A DNA stretch of 61,262 bases, the filler included, from Porpidia crustulata (taxonomy: Eukaryota): NCBI GenBank assembly GCA_964255105.1. It is 11 parts of 11 records of this genome, joined end to end, with 100 filler letters (N's around TTAATTAATTAA, not from the genome) between each part and the next. Parts side by side here need not be neighbours in the genome. Positions count along the whole stretch, not along the records: positions 22,351 to 27,829 come from CAXUWE010001796.1; positions 27,930 to 33,405 come from CAXUWE010001797.1; positions 33,506 to 38,981 come from CAXUWE010001798.1; 8 more parts are not named here. One strand, written 5' to 3'. Shown here in pieces: positions 26,224-38,625 of the stretch. The notes beneath the pieces were generated by a model that ran no database searches, was not told the DNA's origin, and worked only from the letters and a program-made list of their open reading frames with translations. Each line of letters begins with the position of its first letter. Within the stretch, counting starts at the first letter, position 1. A program made the position numbers and the translations under genes.

Positions 26224-27829
26224 ATGGCGCCCTCCAGAACGCCCCGCGCAAAGAAGCAAAAGGAAGGGGATTACTCGAATATTGGGCAAATCGGAAGGTA
26301 TGTCATGGCAGTAGAGGTAATATCGATCCCGCGCTGATGCTTGCGATATTCAGGAAGACTGGCGCTATATTAAAGGATACCGGAGTACGGGATGAGCATG
26401 GCTTGGAACCTATTGACGGAATCTTCTCATCTCCAGAGAAGTCTCCAGCTAGGCGCAATGGCGTACGACATGATGCTACAATACTAGAGGACGAAACTAT
26501 GGATTTGGGCGAAAGTAAGAAGCCCAGAAGGCCGGCGACCGATTCACCTGACATTTCGCTGATTTTGCAACTATAAATTCAGGTACTATACCTGAACCAA
26601 CAGAGGTACGGAATGGAAATCGAACAAGCAGACCACTCCCCCCTCCGCGCTCTCGTTCGCCCATCAAAACGCACCTCAACTCTTCGCCACGAAGATCCAT
26701 GGGGCCAGTGTCGTCGCCGTCCAAACAGATGAACGACGTTCGCACACGCGCACCATCGCATCCGCTCAACAGGAATCTCTTTGGACCAACTGATTTACAT
26801 CCAAGTGTAGAAAGGACACCTCAGAAAGGGGGTTTGAAAAGAGTGAATTTGAGTTCGGGGAAAAAGGGGAACAAGCGGCCCTTTGATTTAAGCATGGAAG
26901 ACGATGAAGAGGATGAGGAGCTTTTGAATTTTGAGACTGGGATGGAAACTATGGACGGCCTCGACTTTGATAATATGGCTCCTTTAGGAGATATGGACGA
27001 TTCGGTGGAGATGACAGGAGCCGTCGACCATGAGCCGGCAGAAGAGGACCAATTCGAGGGGGAGCAAGAGCAAAGCCCATCCGTGGACCCATCGCCCGCC
27101 GTAAAGCCTGAAGCAAAACCCAAGAAACGAAGAGGCCGTCCTTCGAAAGCAGAGAAACTTACTCTCGAGGAGTCAAAGATCTCTCCTGCGCCAGAAACGG
27201 CAAGTCACCATAAAGGAAGACCGCCGAAAAAGATCAAGACTGTGAAAGATCAAAACGAAGAGACGGCTGTACCAGTAGCATTACGCGCAACGGAGCAAGT
27301 TACTCCAGTGAAAAGGCCCAAAGCCTCGAAAACTGCTCTGTCGCAACATGACCCGAACACAAAAACAAAGACCAAAGTGAAGGATGTCCCGCGAAACAAA
27401 GAAAAACAGCCATCGGTGAAGCCCATGCTTCCGCCACCTCCACGCGATGGGCGACCACGAAGTCTACAAATCATACGTAACGAGACACCAGCTGATGACG
27501 AAGGTGCTTCTATGACAAGATCTGGACGACACTCTGTAAAACCGCTGGCATTCTGGCGCGGCGAACACTTTATATACGGAGAAGGTCATTTAGAAGGAAA
27601 AGGTTTATCATTGCCAGCGATCAAAGAAATCATCAGGACCGACGATATCGAAGTGCCAAGACCTAAAAGGTCCGCTTACAGACGACCCCGCCCGCAACGA
27701 AGACAGCAACTCGACGACCTCGTGGAAGAGGAAGACGAAGAGCGAGAACCGTGGGAAACCGAAACCGGCATCGTCCGCGCGCAAGTCATGCAATGGGATC
27801 CCACAACCAACCGTGGCGATGAAGAAAGA
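26224..27829 (+). CDS. MIF2: Inner kinetochore protein Mif2/Cnp3 (CENP-C); 3' end cut by contig break
   Basis: Introns 26298..26353 and 26515..26582. Mif2 N-terminal motif IGRKTG...RDEHGLEPIDGIFSSPEKSP; AT-hook-like RRGRPSK and KGRPPK; CENP-C motif TRSGRHSVKPLAFWRGE. Confidence 0.9.
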
Positions 27830-27929
27830 NNNNNNNNNNNNNNNNNNNNNNNNNNNNNNNNNNNNNNNNNNNNTTAATTAATTAANNNNNNNNNNNNNNN
27901 NNNNNNNNNNNNNNNNNNNNNNNNNNNNN
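27830..27929. other. Artificial contig linker
   Basis: N44-TTAATTAATTAA-N44. Confidence 0.98.
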
Positions 27930-29140
27930 GTAGGAGGTGGTGTGGGGGGAAGGAGTTCATTGGCGGCAAGCCAGTCGTCGTCAACAAACTTTGGAAATAA
28001 GTCAGTGTTGGAATGTCTTATACGGATGGACGGGGCGGCAAGGGGAGGGGGCCTACCTTGCTTAAGTAGCTTCTAATGCTGTCAGGTAGGATAACGACCA
28101 CAACGTCGCCTTTGCCAAGTCCTAGGTCTTTGACGCCTTTGACCATGGCTGCTATCGCACTACCACTACTGCCTCCTACAAGGAGACCCTCCTCTGCTAT
28201 CAGTCTCCGAGCATAGGCGAAAGACTCCCGGTCATCGGTTTTGTACCATTTATCGACGGTCTTTTGATCTAGGACGTCGGGTACGAAATCGTACCCAATA
28301 CCTTCAACTTTGTATGATTCATTCGCATGCACCTGGTTCAGAGAAGGCGGTAGTGCCAGTATCGAGCCGTATGGATCAGCGGCAACAACTTTGATATCCG
28401 GGTTATGCTTCCTTAAACCTTTGGCAAGTCCAGTGATTGTTCCACCGGTGCCAGCGCCTGCAACAATAGCCTTGATTTTTCCCTCCGTCTGTGTCCATAT
28501 TTCTTCAGCTGTCCCATGTTCATGTGCCAGAGGATTGTCCGGATTTCCGTATTGATCCAATATATGAGCGTTTGGGATTTCCTTCTGTAGCCTTCTAGCA
28601 ACACCAATGTGCGACTCAGGTGAGTCAAAAGCGGCTTGCGTAGGTGTTCTAATGATGGTGGCGTTCAAAGAACGAAGAACTGCAACTTTCTCCGGAGACA
28701 TTTTCTCGGGGAGTGTAATGATGGTCTTGTAGCCTTTGTATGTGAGCTTCAATCTACTCACTTAAATCAAGCCGACCTTGCACCAGCTTACCTTTGACGG
28801 CTGCTACCAACGCGAGACCAATACCACTAATATCAATCAGCGGTACATCCACCGTTGGTCATTGCAAGCTATTTCCATACGTATTCCCGCTGGTCGGTTC
28901 TATCAACGTGTCTCCCGGTTTTATTCTTCCTGAGCGCTCCGCCTCTTCTATCATACGCAGGGCGATCCGATCTTTAACGCTTCCACCGGCGTTGAAGAAT
29001 TCTAGCTTTGCATATACGGTCGCCTCTATACCAAGACTTTGAGGTATCTTGTTCAGCCTCACAATCGGCGTATTGCCAATCTGCTGAGTGATCGTATCCA
29101 TCATTACTGGTGGTATCTTCGGTTTGGTGACCGTCGACAT
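27930..29140 (-). CDS. CYS4: Cystathionine beta-synthase; regulatory C-terminus cut by contig break
   Basis: [12 protein letters not shown] lysine in [19 protein letters not shown] (split by an intron), [29 protein letters not shown] then FVDDDWL after a further intron. Confidence 0.95.
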
Positions 29141-30294
29141 CGTGGCGAGATCTGGTGGAACAGCAATTACGTCGATGTACTATCAACCTCTGATCGGTTA
29201 GTAGCAATAACAACAAACCACAGAGACGATTTGGATAATTGCATGTTGCAAGAACCCAATACTCTGATGCAACGTATCAATGTCTTAAGTTGGCCTCGCA
29301 GAACGCCGCATTCTTATCTTATCTGAAAGCCGATTCTAGCCGCTCGTCTAGGGTCAATGGTGTCTTGGGTGTCACGTGTCAATACCCTAGCCCTATAGCA
29401 TGGCTCGAATTGCTCATGTACCAAAATAAATTACTTCAAAGACCTTCACGTACATATTCGGGCTCTGGATACAATGTTAGATGTTACAATCCTCAAATCC
29501 TTGAAGTTTCTTCTGGTGGAAGAATTAAAGAATGAGAGTCAGAGGGGTCAGGGCTAAGATTTTGCTACTATTTCCACATCAGCACAATCAGGAAGTAAAT
29601 TTACATCTAAAGATTCAACAACGCCTCTACTATATTCGCACCACTCCTTATTCGCAGCAAGCGCCCACATGCGACACTTTTCGGTGTGGGCCAACGTCGA
29701 GTGTGCTTTCCGCCTCGATGGCCCCTGGCCCAGCATCTTCAAGAAGCCAAGGCAGGTTCTCTTCTGCATTCTTGTCAGCAGGAAAAGCGGATTCCCATCT
29801 CCTGACTTGTTAACAAAGTAAAGGAGATATTCGGCCCATGCATGCGATGGTGATCACGCTCATGAGAGATATGTTTTATTTTCCTGCCCCGCGCTTGACA
29901 AATTCCCCGCCAATGGTCGCTTGACCTACAAGAAAAATATCCAATTGCCACACTTTACTCTTCGGTATTGTCATCTCGAAGTTTATTTCCGATTCTAAAG
30001 ATCCAGGCTCTTGCAGCCGCTTGAGAAAGCTTTCCGATAGCTTGTCCGGTATCTACTGCCTACTGCCATCGGCATTGTCAAATAAAATGACAGTTTCTCA
30101 TATTTCCTGATTCAAAATTCGGTTTCATTTTTGAGTTCTACATTGCACAATGCTCACCTCCACGGTGGGCCACAGATTTCGATCCTATTCATTGTGCCGG
30201 CGCGGCCGCCTCCAGACGTGGCCCTGGAAAGGATAAGATATCGAAATCGACAATATACCTATATGTAGAGAGAAGAAATCAAGCCCCGCTAAGG

Positions 30295-31359
30295 ATGTGT
30301 TCTTCCAAGGTTAACGATGTCGAAACGTGCTTTCAGCCTTCGTCAAATGGGTTGGGAAAAGCTTCTGCGCTCAAAACCCCACCACCACCACCACCAGAGC
30401 CTTCAGACGACCCTGGAGTCAATTCCATCATACCTTCAGTTTCGGAGGATCTCGGCGCTCTGCCCGAGAGCAACAATATTGACGTCTTCACTTTGACACC
30501 GGTGGCCGCCTTGAAACTGCTGTGCGGTACTATAGAGACTCTGGTGCGGCTCACGGGTGACGTTCCACCTACTCCACCGATCAGCAGCCCTAGCACGCCA
30601 AACTTGAGAATTATGCAAGACGAGAAGGAAAAGTTTGCTCGCCACACAAAAGACGGTGGTGATGGTGGTAGATCACGGCCACGCACGCCACAGAAGACAG
30701 AGGGCTCGGAAGACGTGGACGCTGTTCCAGCGAAGGCGAAGACACCAATTGGCAGTCCCGAAACTGGACTCACGGAACCTTTGCACATTATTGGATCCAA
30801 CATGGAACCACTCAATGTTCAGCACGGCGCTATCGCGAGAAAATTCTACTCCAAAAAACCACCTCCGATTGCTCTAGAAGAGTACCTGTTACGACTCCAT
30901 CGTTATTGCCCCATGTCCACAGCTGTATACCTTGCAACCAGCCTATATATCCACAGGCTTGCTGTCCTAGAAAAGATCATTCCCGTCACGACGCGAAACG
31001 TCCATCGTCTACTATTGGCCGGCCTCCGAGTAGCCATGAAGGCACTGGAAGACCTTAGCTACCCTCATCGGCGCTTTGCAAAGGTAGGAGGTGTAAGTGA
31101 AGTAGAGCTTGGGAGACTTGAGGTCAGCTTTTGCTTTGTGACCAACTTCGAGCTCAAGGTTGACAAGGAAATGCTATTGCAACACGCCATGAGTACTAGG
31201 CAAGGGAGCAGCCTTTCTGAGCTCCCCGCCGGCTTCCAGCCCAAATTGCCACCCGCTGTCACCAGGAGCAAGAGTTCGACAGGCGGAGTTTTACCCATAA
31301 GAGATGTGAAGCCGACTGAACCCTGGTTGTCTGATAACCATGCTCACGCTGGTTTGTAG
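30295..31359 (+). CDS. Pho80/Pcl-family (Pho85) cyclin
   Basis: FYSKKPPPIALEEYLLRLHRYCPMS...NVHRLLLAGLRVAMKALED...FAKVGGVSEVELGRLE cyclin box. Confidence 0.9.
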   Translation: MCSSKVNDVETCFQPSSNGLGKASALKTPPPPPPEPSDDPGVNSIIPSVSEDLGALPESNNIDVFTLTPVAALKLLCGTIETLVRLTGDVPPTPPISSPSTPNLRIMQDEKEKFARHTKDGGDGGRSRPRTPQKTEGSEDVDAVPAKAKTPIGSPETGLTEPLHIIGSNMEPLNVQHGAIARKFYSKKPPPIALEEYLLRLHRYCPMSTAVYLATSLYIHRLAVLEKIIPVTTRNVHRLLLAGLRVAMKALEDLSYPHRRFAKVGGVSEVELGRLEVSFCFVTNFELKVDKEMLLQHAMSTRQGSSLSELPAGFQPKLPPAVTRSKSSTGGVLPIRDVKPTEPWLSDNHAHAGL

Positions 31360-31877
31360 AAACCAAGTCCGATTGAGAGCATGTCACCTTGTTGTTGTAC
31401 TTGTTTAATTTTATGTGAAATACCTATTGGACCGGCGTTTGCGAAAGCTGGGATCTAGCGTAAGGTGTTGAGGCAAAAGAGCGTTGAGCGAATATGAGGT
31501 TTCCATAGTGTACTAGATACCAACCAAGCATCTCATTGATCCTTCAAGATCAGCACAGCCAGATGATTTATTCTTTGTGCTTATTGAAGACTCTTCGCCA
31601 CAGTTTCTGAGCCCACTGTGCTTTTGATGAACGACGGGAGTAATAAGACTAGGCCAATTTGTGCTCATGGAACGTTCCATAGATAGAACTGCCGCTAGTG
31701 TCGAAACAACCTAGCTCCAACACTCCCAGTCAGTACCTAGGCGGCCTATTGAATCTGTTCATCGCCGTCGTTCAACGACAACTCAACTTCACTTGGTAGA
31801 ATCTACTCCAGTGATAGCCTCGCTCCTTACTTTGTGCTGCGCTTCCCACTCACTTGCCTCGTGAACAGGTCTTGACC

Positions 31878-32850
31878 ATGTCCATCCTATTCCTCACTCT
31901 CCTGGCGTGTATCGCTCCTTTGGCATTAGCGGACGTTCAATTCACCTCACCACCTGCCGGTGGTTCAATAAAAGGCGGATCGACCATTTCAGTACAATGG
32001 AAAGACTCTGGCACACTGCCCGCTATAACCGATCTCAAAACTTATCAGCTATTCCTATGTGCTGGGGGAAATGATCCGTCGAGCTTTGTCAGTATACAAA
32101 TTCAATCTTGCAGGAAAGCCGCAAATAAGGTTCCTAGAAGGGATGCTAATACTCCTCCAACTCTTAAGATTCAATTAGCCCCCATACAAGACCAGGGTGA
32201 CTTCAGTACAGGCAGTACGGCATCGAAAGCAATTCAGGCAAGCGTTGGCGGTAGTGACACCAATGCCTAGTATGTAACGCTTAGTAGCGCAGTTATACGA
32301 ATTATCTAACCATCACTTAGTTTCCTCAAAATAATTTCAGCAGGTCCCAGTGGATCCGTTACAAATTACTCTCCTCGCTTCTCCCTGACCGGCATGACCG
32401 GCACCTTCCCCCCAAATGTGCAGGCTGGTATCAAGACCGTCACTGGAACTGCCGGTCCTGCGACGGAGAAACAAGCCCAAGGCCAACAGGGTGCCAACGC
32501 TGGCGGTGCCGGGGTCCCGGCGGGCGCTGATACCGTACCGTACACGATGCAGACGGGGTCGATCAAGTACGCGCCGATGCAAGGTAGACCAGGAACAAAG
32601 ATCACGGCAGCAAATCCAACGCCCCAATACCCAACCAGTTCGGTTGCATTGGCCAAGACGTTTTTGCCCACGCCTGTTCAGGTCACGACGATGACGGTGT
32701 CTCAGACCTTTCTTGTCTCGAGTCGGGCAAATACCGTATGTGATGTATTTCGATATCATGAGTGTGTTCTATATTGACTTGTTCTAGGCTGCACCAGCGG
32801 CGCAACCTTCAAATGATATGCAGAAGTTTCTGCAACGATGGAAGGATTGA
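31878..32850 (+). CDS. KRE9: Kre9/Knh1 beta-1,6-glucan synthesis protein
   Basis: Signal peptide then DVQFTSP; YQLFLCAGGN; NYSPRFSLTGMTGTF; VPYTMQTGSIKYAPMQ; ends MQKFLQRWKD. Three introns at about 32088..32168, 32270..32320 and 32736..32787. Confidence 0.92.
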
Positions 32851-33224
32851 GGTCGACATTTTCCTTAGTTCTGAGCTCGGAATTCTCTCCTGGCGTATCC
32901 CCAATAAATCCAACAGTAACACATCATGTACATCTATGAGGATGGCGTTCCAGTCTCGCATATTGGGCAGGGCGTTCAGGTTAACGGTCATACACTGTTT
33001 TATAGACACCCAGAAGGCTATGTCCAAGATATCCACATGGCGACAATTCTGGTACTTTGATATTTGATGAATCCAGAAAGCGAGTGCGATGGTACTTGGA
33101 CAGATTAAAGCATTTAAATTAGCAAGAAACCTGGAATGGCGCAACCGATCTTCCATTATCCCAAGTCAACGTTTCGACATCCGGTAACAGAAGAATTCGG
33201 GATCAAAAATACCCTAAGCTCTAT

Positions 33225-33405
33225 TTACACATCGGCACGAACATCCTCTTCAGAAACAACAATTCCAGTAAGCGAAAAGATCGTCATCCAGCGAAGGTGC
33301 CTCCCTCGGATGCCGTGCTTCAGCGCTCTTTCAACCGCGAAACGAGTCTCAGAGTTCGAAAGAACTGCCATTTTTTTTTTCAGAAACACCAACACACCTC
33401 AACTC
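33225..33405 (-). CDS. Possible 3' end of an unidentified gene entering from the contig break
   Basis: Minus frame ...KKMAVRSNSETRFAVESAEKHGIRGRHLRWMTIFSLTGIVVSEEDVRADV-stop, convergent on KRE9. Family not recognised. Confidence 0.35.
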
Positions 33406-33505
33406 NNNNNNNNNNNNNNNNNNNNNNNNNNNNNNNNNNNNNNNNNNNNTTAATTAATTAANNNNNNNNNNNNNNNNNNNNNNNNNNNNNNNNNNNNNNN
33501 NNNNN
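33406..33505. other. Artificial contig linker
   Basis: N44-TTAATTAATTAA-N44. Confidence 0.98.
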
Positions 33506-33607
33506 ATCTGGTAGCTGCAATACAAGAATCCGACTACAATTTTGGTCTTCATTCTCATGTGCATAATGCAATCTCCCTTTCGCTTCCCACACAGAATTAA
33601 GCTAGCT

Positions 33608-34100
33608 CTAGTCTAGCCGTTTGGAAGGGTTCATGTGCCATCTTAAGCAGGCAGTCTCCGCCTGGCAATAGCAGTTGACGTAGTCGCATTTCTCATTCCA
33701 CACCTTGCCACAGCCGCCGTGCTCGGGACCGCACTTGTAGGTCGAAGCATTGAGAGTGCTATGGCAGCGGATGCACTTGCCGTCTGCGTTGAAGCTACGG
33801 GGGTGTCAACACTTCACAGTCCATCCTGGAGATCTTGGGTGCTTAGCAACCGCCGCCGCCGCACCCGCCGTCCACGTATCTCGCCATTTAGCAAACCGGG
33901 GGAGCTCACTTGGGTATGGGGAATTTGCCTGATCTTGCTAGATCATGCCAAGAGCGCTGGCCGGGGGCGCCGGGAGGACATCACCGCCGAGACCCAGGGA
34001 GTTGGCGCCGAGGCTGAGCTGCGACGGTAAGCTGGGGATTATCAACAGGGTAGTGTCGAGGGTGAAGGTGGCAAGGGTAACGCTGGAACTCATGTTGGCG
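33608..34100 (-). pseudogene. Disrupted orphan gene with Cys-rich (putative Zn-binding) C-terminal exon
   Basis: FNADGKCIRCHSTLNASTYKCGPEHGGCGKVWNEKCDYVNCYCQAETACLRWHM; upstream frames interrupted by TAG/TGA. Confidence 0.45.
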
Positions 34101-34610
34101 GTATTTAAGTTGAGACAAGAGCCTTCTTTGTAGAGTGATATATGATCTGGGGTTCAAAGATGTGAAGATGTTGGGGCTTGGTCTTCAATTCAGATCCTTC
34201 TCTCGACCGCGACATCGTGACAGTTTTATATTCTTTTTTCTCTTGAGTTCGAATTGCTACTTTTGCCCTCCAGAGCTCAAATCGAGAGGATGGGTGGTGG
34301 GCATCGCGGTGGATGCTGCTGATGGACGCACTGGAGGGATGGAGTTTTCGATCACCCGACGTCTGGTTGCCATCAGCGTGGCAACGAACTAATCAGATAG
34401 TGACTGGAGATCGTGCAGGATACCCGGCAGGTGCATAAAGCTGCCGGTTAATTGATGTGGGCTTGTTCCATTTTACTTTCTTCTATTTCATCTCATCTCT
34501 CCTTTCCACGCTTCACTTTCTTTCATGTCATCTCTTTTCCCACACCTCGCCAAGCCGGCCCCCGGTCCCTTGCCACATCACACAACCAATGGCGGACGCC
34601 CAGCAAAAGG

Positions 34611-35309
34611 ATGCCGACGCCAAAAGCGATGAGTAGCACCGGACACGGACCTCACCAACCTTCTGGCGGCACAGCATGCAAGATTCGCAGATGGGGCTTT
34701 CGAATTGACACCGCGGAGATTGAGCAACTGCAGACTTTTACCGAGCTTGCCGCGAAAACCCCAAACACAATTAAGAGCGCATTAGTGAAGAAGAACGTAT
34801 GCACCATCCTCAGAGATCTGGTGAGGATCAACCGGTCAGCGTTCTTCCTCTGCACTCTCGGCACCCTCCCTTATCACCTGAGCAGGCTCAAGTCCACGAC
34901 GTACATGCAGGCGATGGAGAGGAGGTGGAGGTAACTCCTGCAGTGGCCTGGCCTGTTTGAGACGATGGACAACCACTTGCAGTACTTGCCTCCTGCACCA
35001 CCTTCTGCACCACTGCCCATATCCGTACTATTACCACCTGCGGCGCCGCCTCCTACAGTGCCGAGCATCCGGCTAAGTGCGCTGCGAAGGGCGATGGATC
35101 GCATCCCAGATCAGAAAATCGACGTGCTCCTCCTTCACGATGGCGCACCCCCCTTCACGATTTATGGCTTGGCAAGCTGGCAGGTCCAGCAATATATTTC
35201 TTGGGACCTGCTCCACGCGGTTCTGGGGGATGACGCGACAGCACCACAGCTCGAGGGGGATCAGCAGCTTGTCCAGCAAGGAGGCAAGATGGGCTTTATC
35301 AACGGCTGA
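34611..35309 (+). pseudogene. Orphan gene split by a single in-frame TAA
   Basis: ORFs 34452..34934 and 34965..35309 share a frame, separated only by TAA at 34932..34934 (ERRWR*LLQWPG). Confidence 0.55.
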
Positions 35310-35834
35310 TGAGCCGATAGGACGCACTACCTGTAATGGCGCAAGTCTTTCCAGAATGTAGAATCATAAGATAGTGTTCGTTCTCTGCGTCGGGCTTGGT
35401 GGGCACGATTTCGCTTTGGCTGGCCGTCGTCGGTTCTGCAGTCGCCAGCCGCACCAAGCCCACTCCACTGCGTGCCTTGACGAGCACGGCGCAGAGTTTC
35501 CGGCCCGTGAAGAGGTCTTTATGCGGGAAGTAGTACGAATGCGACCCGGACTCCTCGTCGTGGAGTGTTGTATCGTCGTCACACTACAAGAAACACAAAT
35601 GAAGCTGTCAAACGGGTTGTTACACTGCTGAGGGAAAAGACGCCCTTATCATGGCATCAGACCAGGGTGGCTTAGTGCGGCCGCACTGCTCCACTCCACT
35701 CCACCCACTCCCCTTCACTTCACTTTGTGCTTCGGTATTTAAAGACTCATCTCCCCACCTTTCCAACCTCTACCCAATACAGCCCGGCAAAAACGGCCAA
35801 CTCGTGTCGTCTCTGCACGCAGCCATTGCTGGCC

Positions 35835-36686
35835 ATGACATTGCGGCCAGACAGCCCATCCGCTACCACGGTCAGCCACGATCTGCCCATCGTAAGCCTG
35901 CATTCTTTTGACTGAGGTTCGCAGGACTTCCTCGACATTGTGGCCACTCAAGGTGCCTACCTCGTTCCTGGCGTGCGCACACCGGTTTTCCAAAAAGCTT
36001 ACGATGACCAATTTGTTGCCCCACTTGAAATGCACCTTGATGCGGTTTCCATAGGACAGATGTGCAGACGTGCCAGGTATCACAGCGCAGCCAGCGAGTG
36101 GCCCATGGGGCGCACGCCACCGGGGGTTAAAGAGAAGCGCAAGGCCGAGCTGAAGGCGCTGGATGAGCTCGAGGGGGCTGCCTCTGACCATGGCAGCGAC
36201 AACGACGACGACAAAGGCTGTAACGATATTGGCGCCAGATTCGATCTGGGGAAAATAGTGGCAGCACCAGACCGGCCACGGAGGCCACGCCAAGCAGACT
36301 GGCTTCCGACACCACCGCTGTCCGTCGGAAGCGCTCTGATCACACCGCACGGGAGGAAGCGGCGGAGGATATCCGAGGAAGATGACGAGCAAAAAGAGCG
36401 CCCCGCTAAGAACCACGTCAGCTCTGCAAAAGAAGTCTCAGCCGAAAAAGTCTCAGCCACTGCAGAATATGCTGTGCCCAACACATCGTAGCAGAAGGGC
36501 CGGAAGCGGCGACGGGCTCTCGACGTGGGTAATGAAGAGGAGAGGACAAGGAGCGCCCAACCAAGGTTCGAATCACCACCACACGCCTCAACAGCATATG
36601 GCTGCAGAGACTTCGACCACGACCGCGGCCAAGGTGACCAACTGGTTGACGGTGCCACGATGTCTGCACTACGCCGGCTAGGCTAG
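35835..36686 (+). pseudogene. Orphan gene with basic NLS-like tracts, one intron and an in-frame TAG
   Basis: ATG 35835; GTAAGC...CAG intron about 35892..35924; LPTPP and RKRRR motifs; TAG at 36489..36491 is followed in frame by QKGRKRRR... up to stop 36686. Confidence 0.5.
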
Positions 36687-36959
36687 CCGTTCATGCGCTC
36701 ATGACACAGCGCCACACCGCTCTTGCGTATATGGTGTCTTCATCGCCGATGTCAACGAGACGGCAAACGGCATTGTTTCCACGATAGGGATTTTCGCTCG
36801 ACTCGAAGACTCGAAACCGAGACTTATTCGAACTCTTGGGGCCGAGCTTGACCGGAATCATTTCTGAGTGGCCAGTGCTGGCGAGGTCACGGAGTATGCA
36901 ACGACACATGGAATGGCAACGAAGAGGGCGATGAATGTAGGATAGAGAGAGAGGTTGAG

Positions 36960-37640
36960 ATTCCAGGCGTCTTTGTTAACATCTTGAGGCGAGAGGGTCC
37001 ATAAGGCTAGCTGTATCACTCAATTGCTTCTTCAGTTCTGTCTCAAACATCCTTAAAATGCCTGCACATCACAACATCAGTCAACTTCTTGAACGATTGT
37101 CGAAACCCAATCATGTCGAATCGTGTAGCAAAGAATAAAGTGTCAAGTCCTTTGATCTTGATCGTGTTTTCATTTTGATCTGTTTCGTCGTAAATATTCA
37201 GTTCTTGTTATACATTGTTCGACGCGACAAGAACGAAGACGCTCGACGCAAGGTATCAGCGTAGCAAGTCAAGTTGATTCTTATTTCTCAGATCAATCCA
37301 GACCTGCGGTTCTTCGTTGTTTGGAAATGGGTCTGGCAGACGTCATCCGAGGTATTCGGCTGTGCTGACCTCTATGGACGAATCCATATGCGCTCGTATT
37401 CGCGTGCAGGTGGGACACGGCGAGTTTGTGGCGATCTCTTGGGTATCGGTATGGTCGCCATTGTGCTCGTTGGTGTTCCGATCTTGGCCAAGGTGCCTAT
37501 CGTCTGGGGCAATTTCGTGTTGTTGAGCCTGGTGAAGTGCCTCCAGGCGTTTGCTATATCTTTTCTTCTGAAGAGGAAGAGTTCTTCTTCTTTTATTCCG
37601 ACGTGCCGAGACTTGGGTCTGCCTAGTATTGTGGTCATAT
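36960..37640 (-). pseudogene. Decayed orphan gene with multiple in-frame TGA/TAA stops
   Basis: One minus frame stays protein-like across stops: AEYLG*RLPDPFPNNEEPQVWIDLRNKNQLDLLR*YLASSVFVLVASNNV*QELNIYD...CRHFKDV*DRTEEAIE*. Confidence 0.5.
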
Positions 37641-38291
37641 CTACCTAAGGGGCTGAGAATGAATAGCCCCTGACACCAATATTCTATGCTCCATGGCTTG
37701 GATTGTCGACCTTTCTATGCGTGTTGGCGCAGTCTATCCAGGCAGCCAGTCACCTCGTTGCGATGCTGATCCGGCACGCCCTTCTCCCGTCCCGAGCCAT
37801 CTTCACCCTCAAGAGTCACTTCTCCTCCCGTCCAGAGCCACCTCGTCACCCTCATGAGCCATCCCCTCAGAACCTTATCCGGATGGACCCGCAGGATGGT
37901 GGGCACTTCGGATCACAGGCTGGCAGCCACAGCCCAAGCGTAAAGCAGATCTGGAGGCCAGGCAGAACGGTCCGCATTTGACGACCCAAGGATGAACGGC
38001 GAGGCAGGTTCAAAATGATTTTCTCGACCTGGCCTGACGATGGGATAGGCTGACGGTAACAGGATCAGTGGATCTATGTGCAAGGAGCGTGCATGGAAGA
38101 GGAATCATTCGGCTGCAAAAGATCCTCTGAAGTTACTGAGCCATACGGGCAGGAACCGGCTCACACGGCCCTGGACAACCTGGCCGAGCTCAGTCTCATG
38201 GGGCTTTGAGATTACGAGAGGCCGCCAGAAGGGATAGTCAGCCAGTTTGCATGGAGGAAGAAGTTTATAAGGAGTTTGGCCTGGAGACTGA

Positions 38292-38428
38292 AGTCTCCTC
38301 ACACTGCAGTCTCCTCACACTGCAGTCTCCTCACACTGCAGTCTCCTCACACTGCTGTTCTCACACTGCTGTCCTCACACTGCTGTCCTCACACTGCTGT
38401 CCTCACACTGCTGTCCTCACACTGCTGT
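38292..38428 (+). repeat. Compound minisatellite: (AGTCTCCTCACACTGC)x4 then (TGTYCTCACACTGC)x5+, running into an assembly gap
   Basis: Read directly: 16-bp units 38292..38355, 14-bp units 38356..38428, shared core CTCACACTGC. Confidence 0.95.
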
Positions 38429-38528
38429 NNNNNNNNNNNNNNNNNNNNNNNNNNNNNNNNNNNNNNNNNNNNNNNNNNNNNNNNNNNNNNNNNNNNNNNN
38501 NNNNNNNNNNNNNNNNNNNNNNNNNNNN
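38429..38528. other. Scaffold gap of 100 N without the TTAA linker
   Basis: Plain N run inside a contig, directly after the minisatellite. Confidence 0.95.
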
Positions 38529-38625
38529 CCCTCCCTCAACTGCTCCTACTTTACAACACATTCACCGACACTAATCAGCCTTCAGGCCATCCACACCATT
38601 TATCGACGACCTTCCAACCTTTACA

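Noticed and set aside
38292..38428. CRISPR-like array
   Set aside because: Units are directly tandem with no unique spacers, no cas genes are present, and the DNA is fungal.
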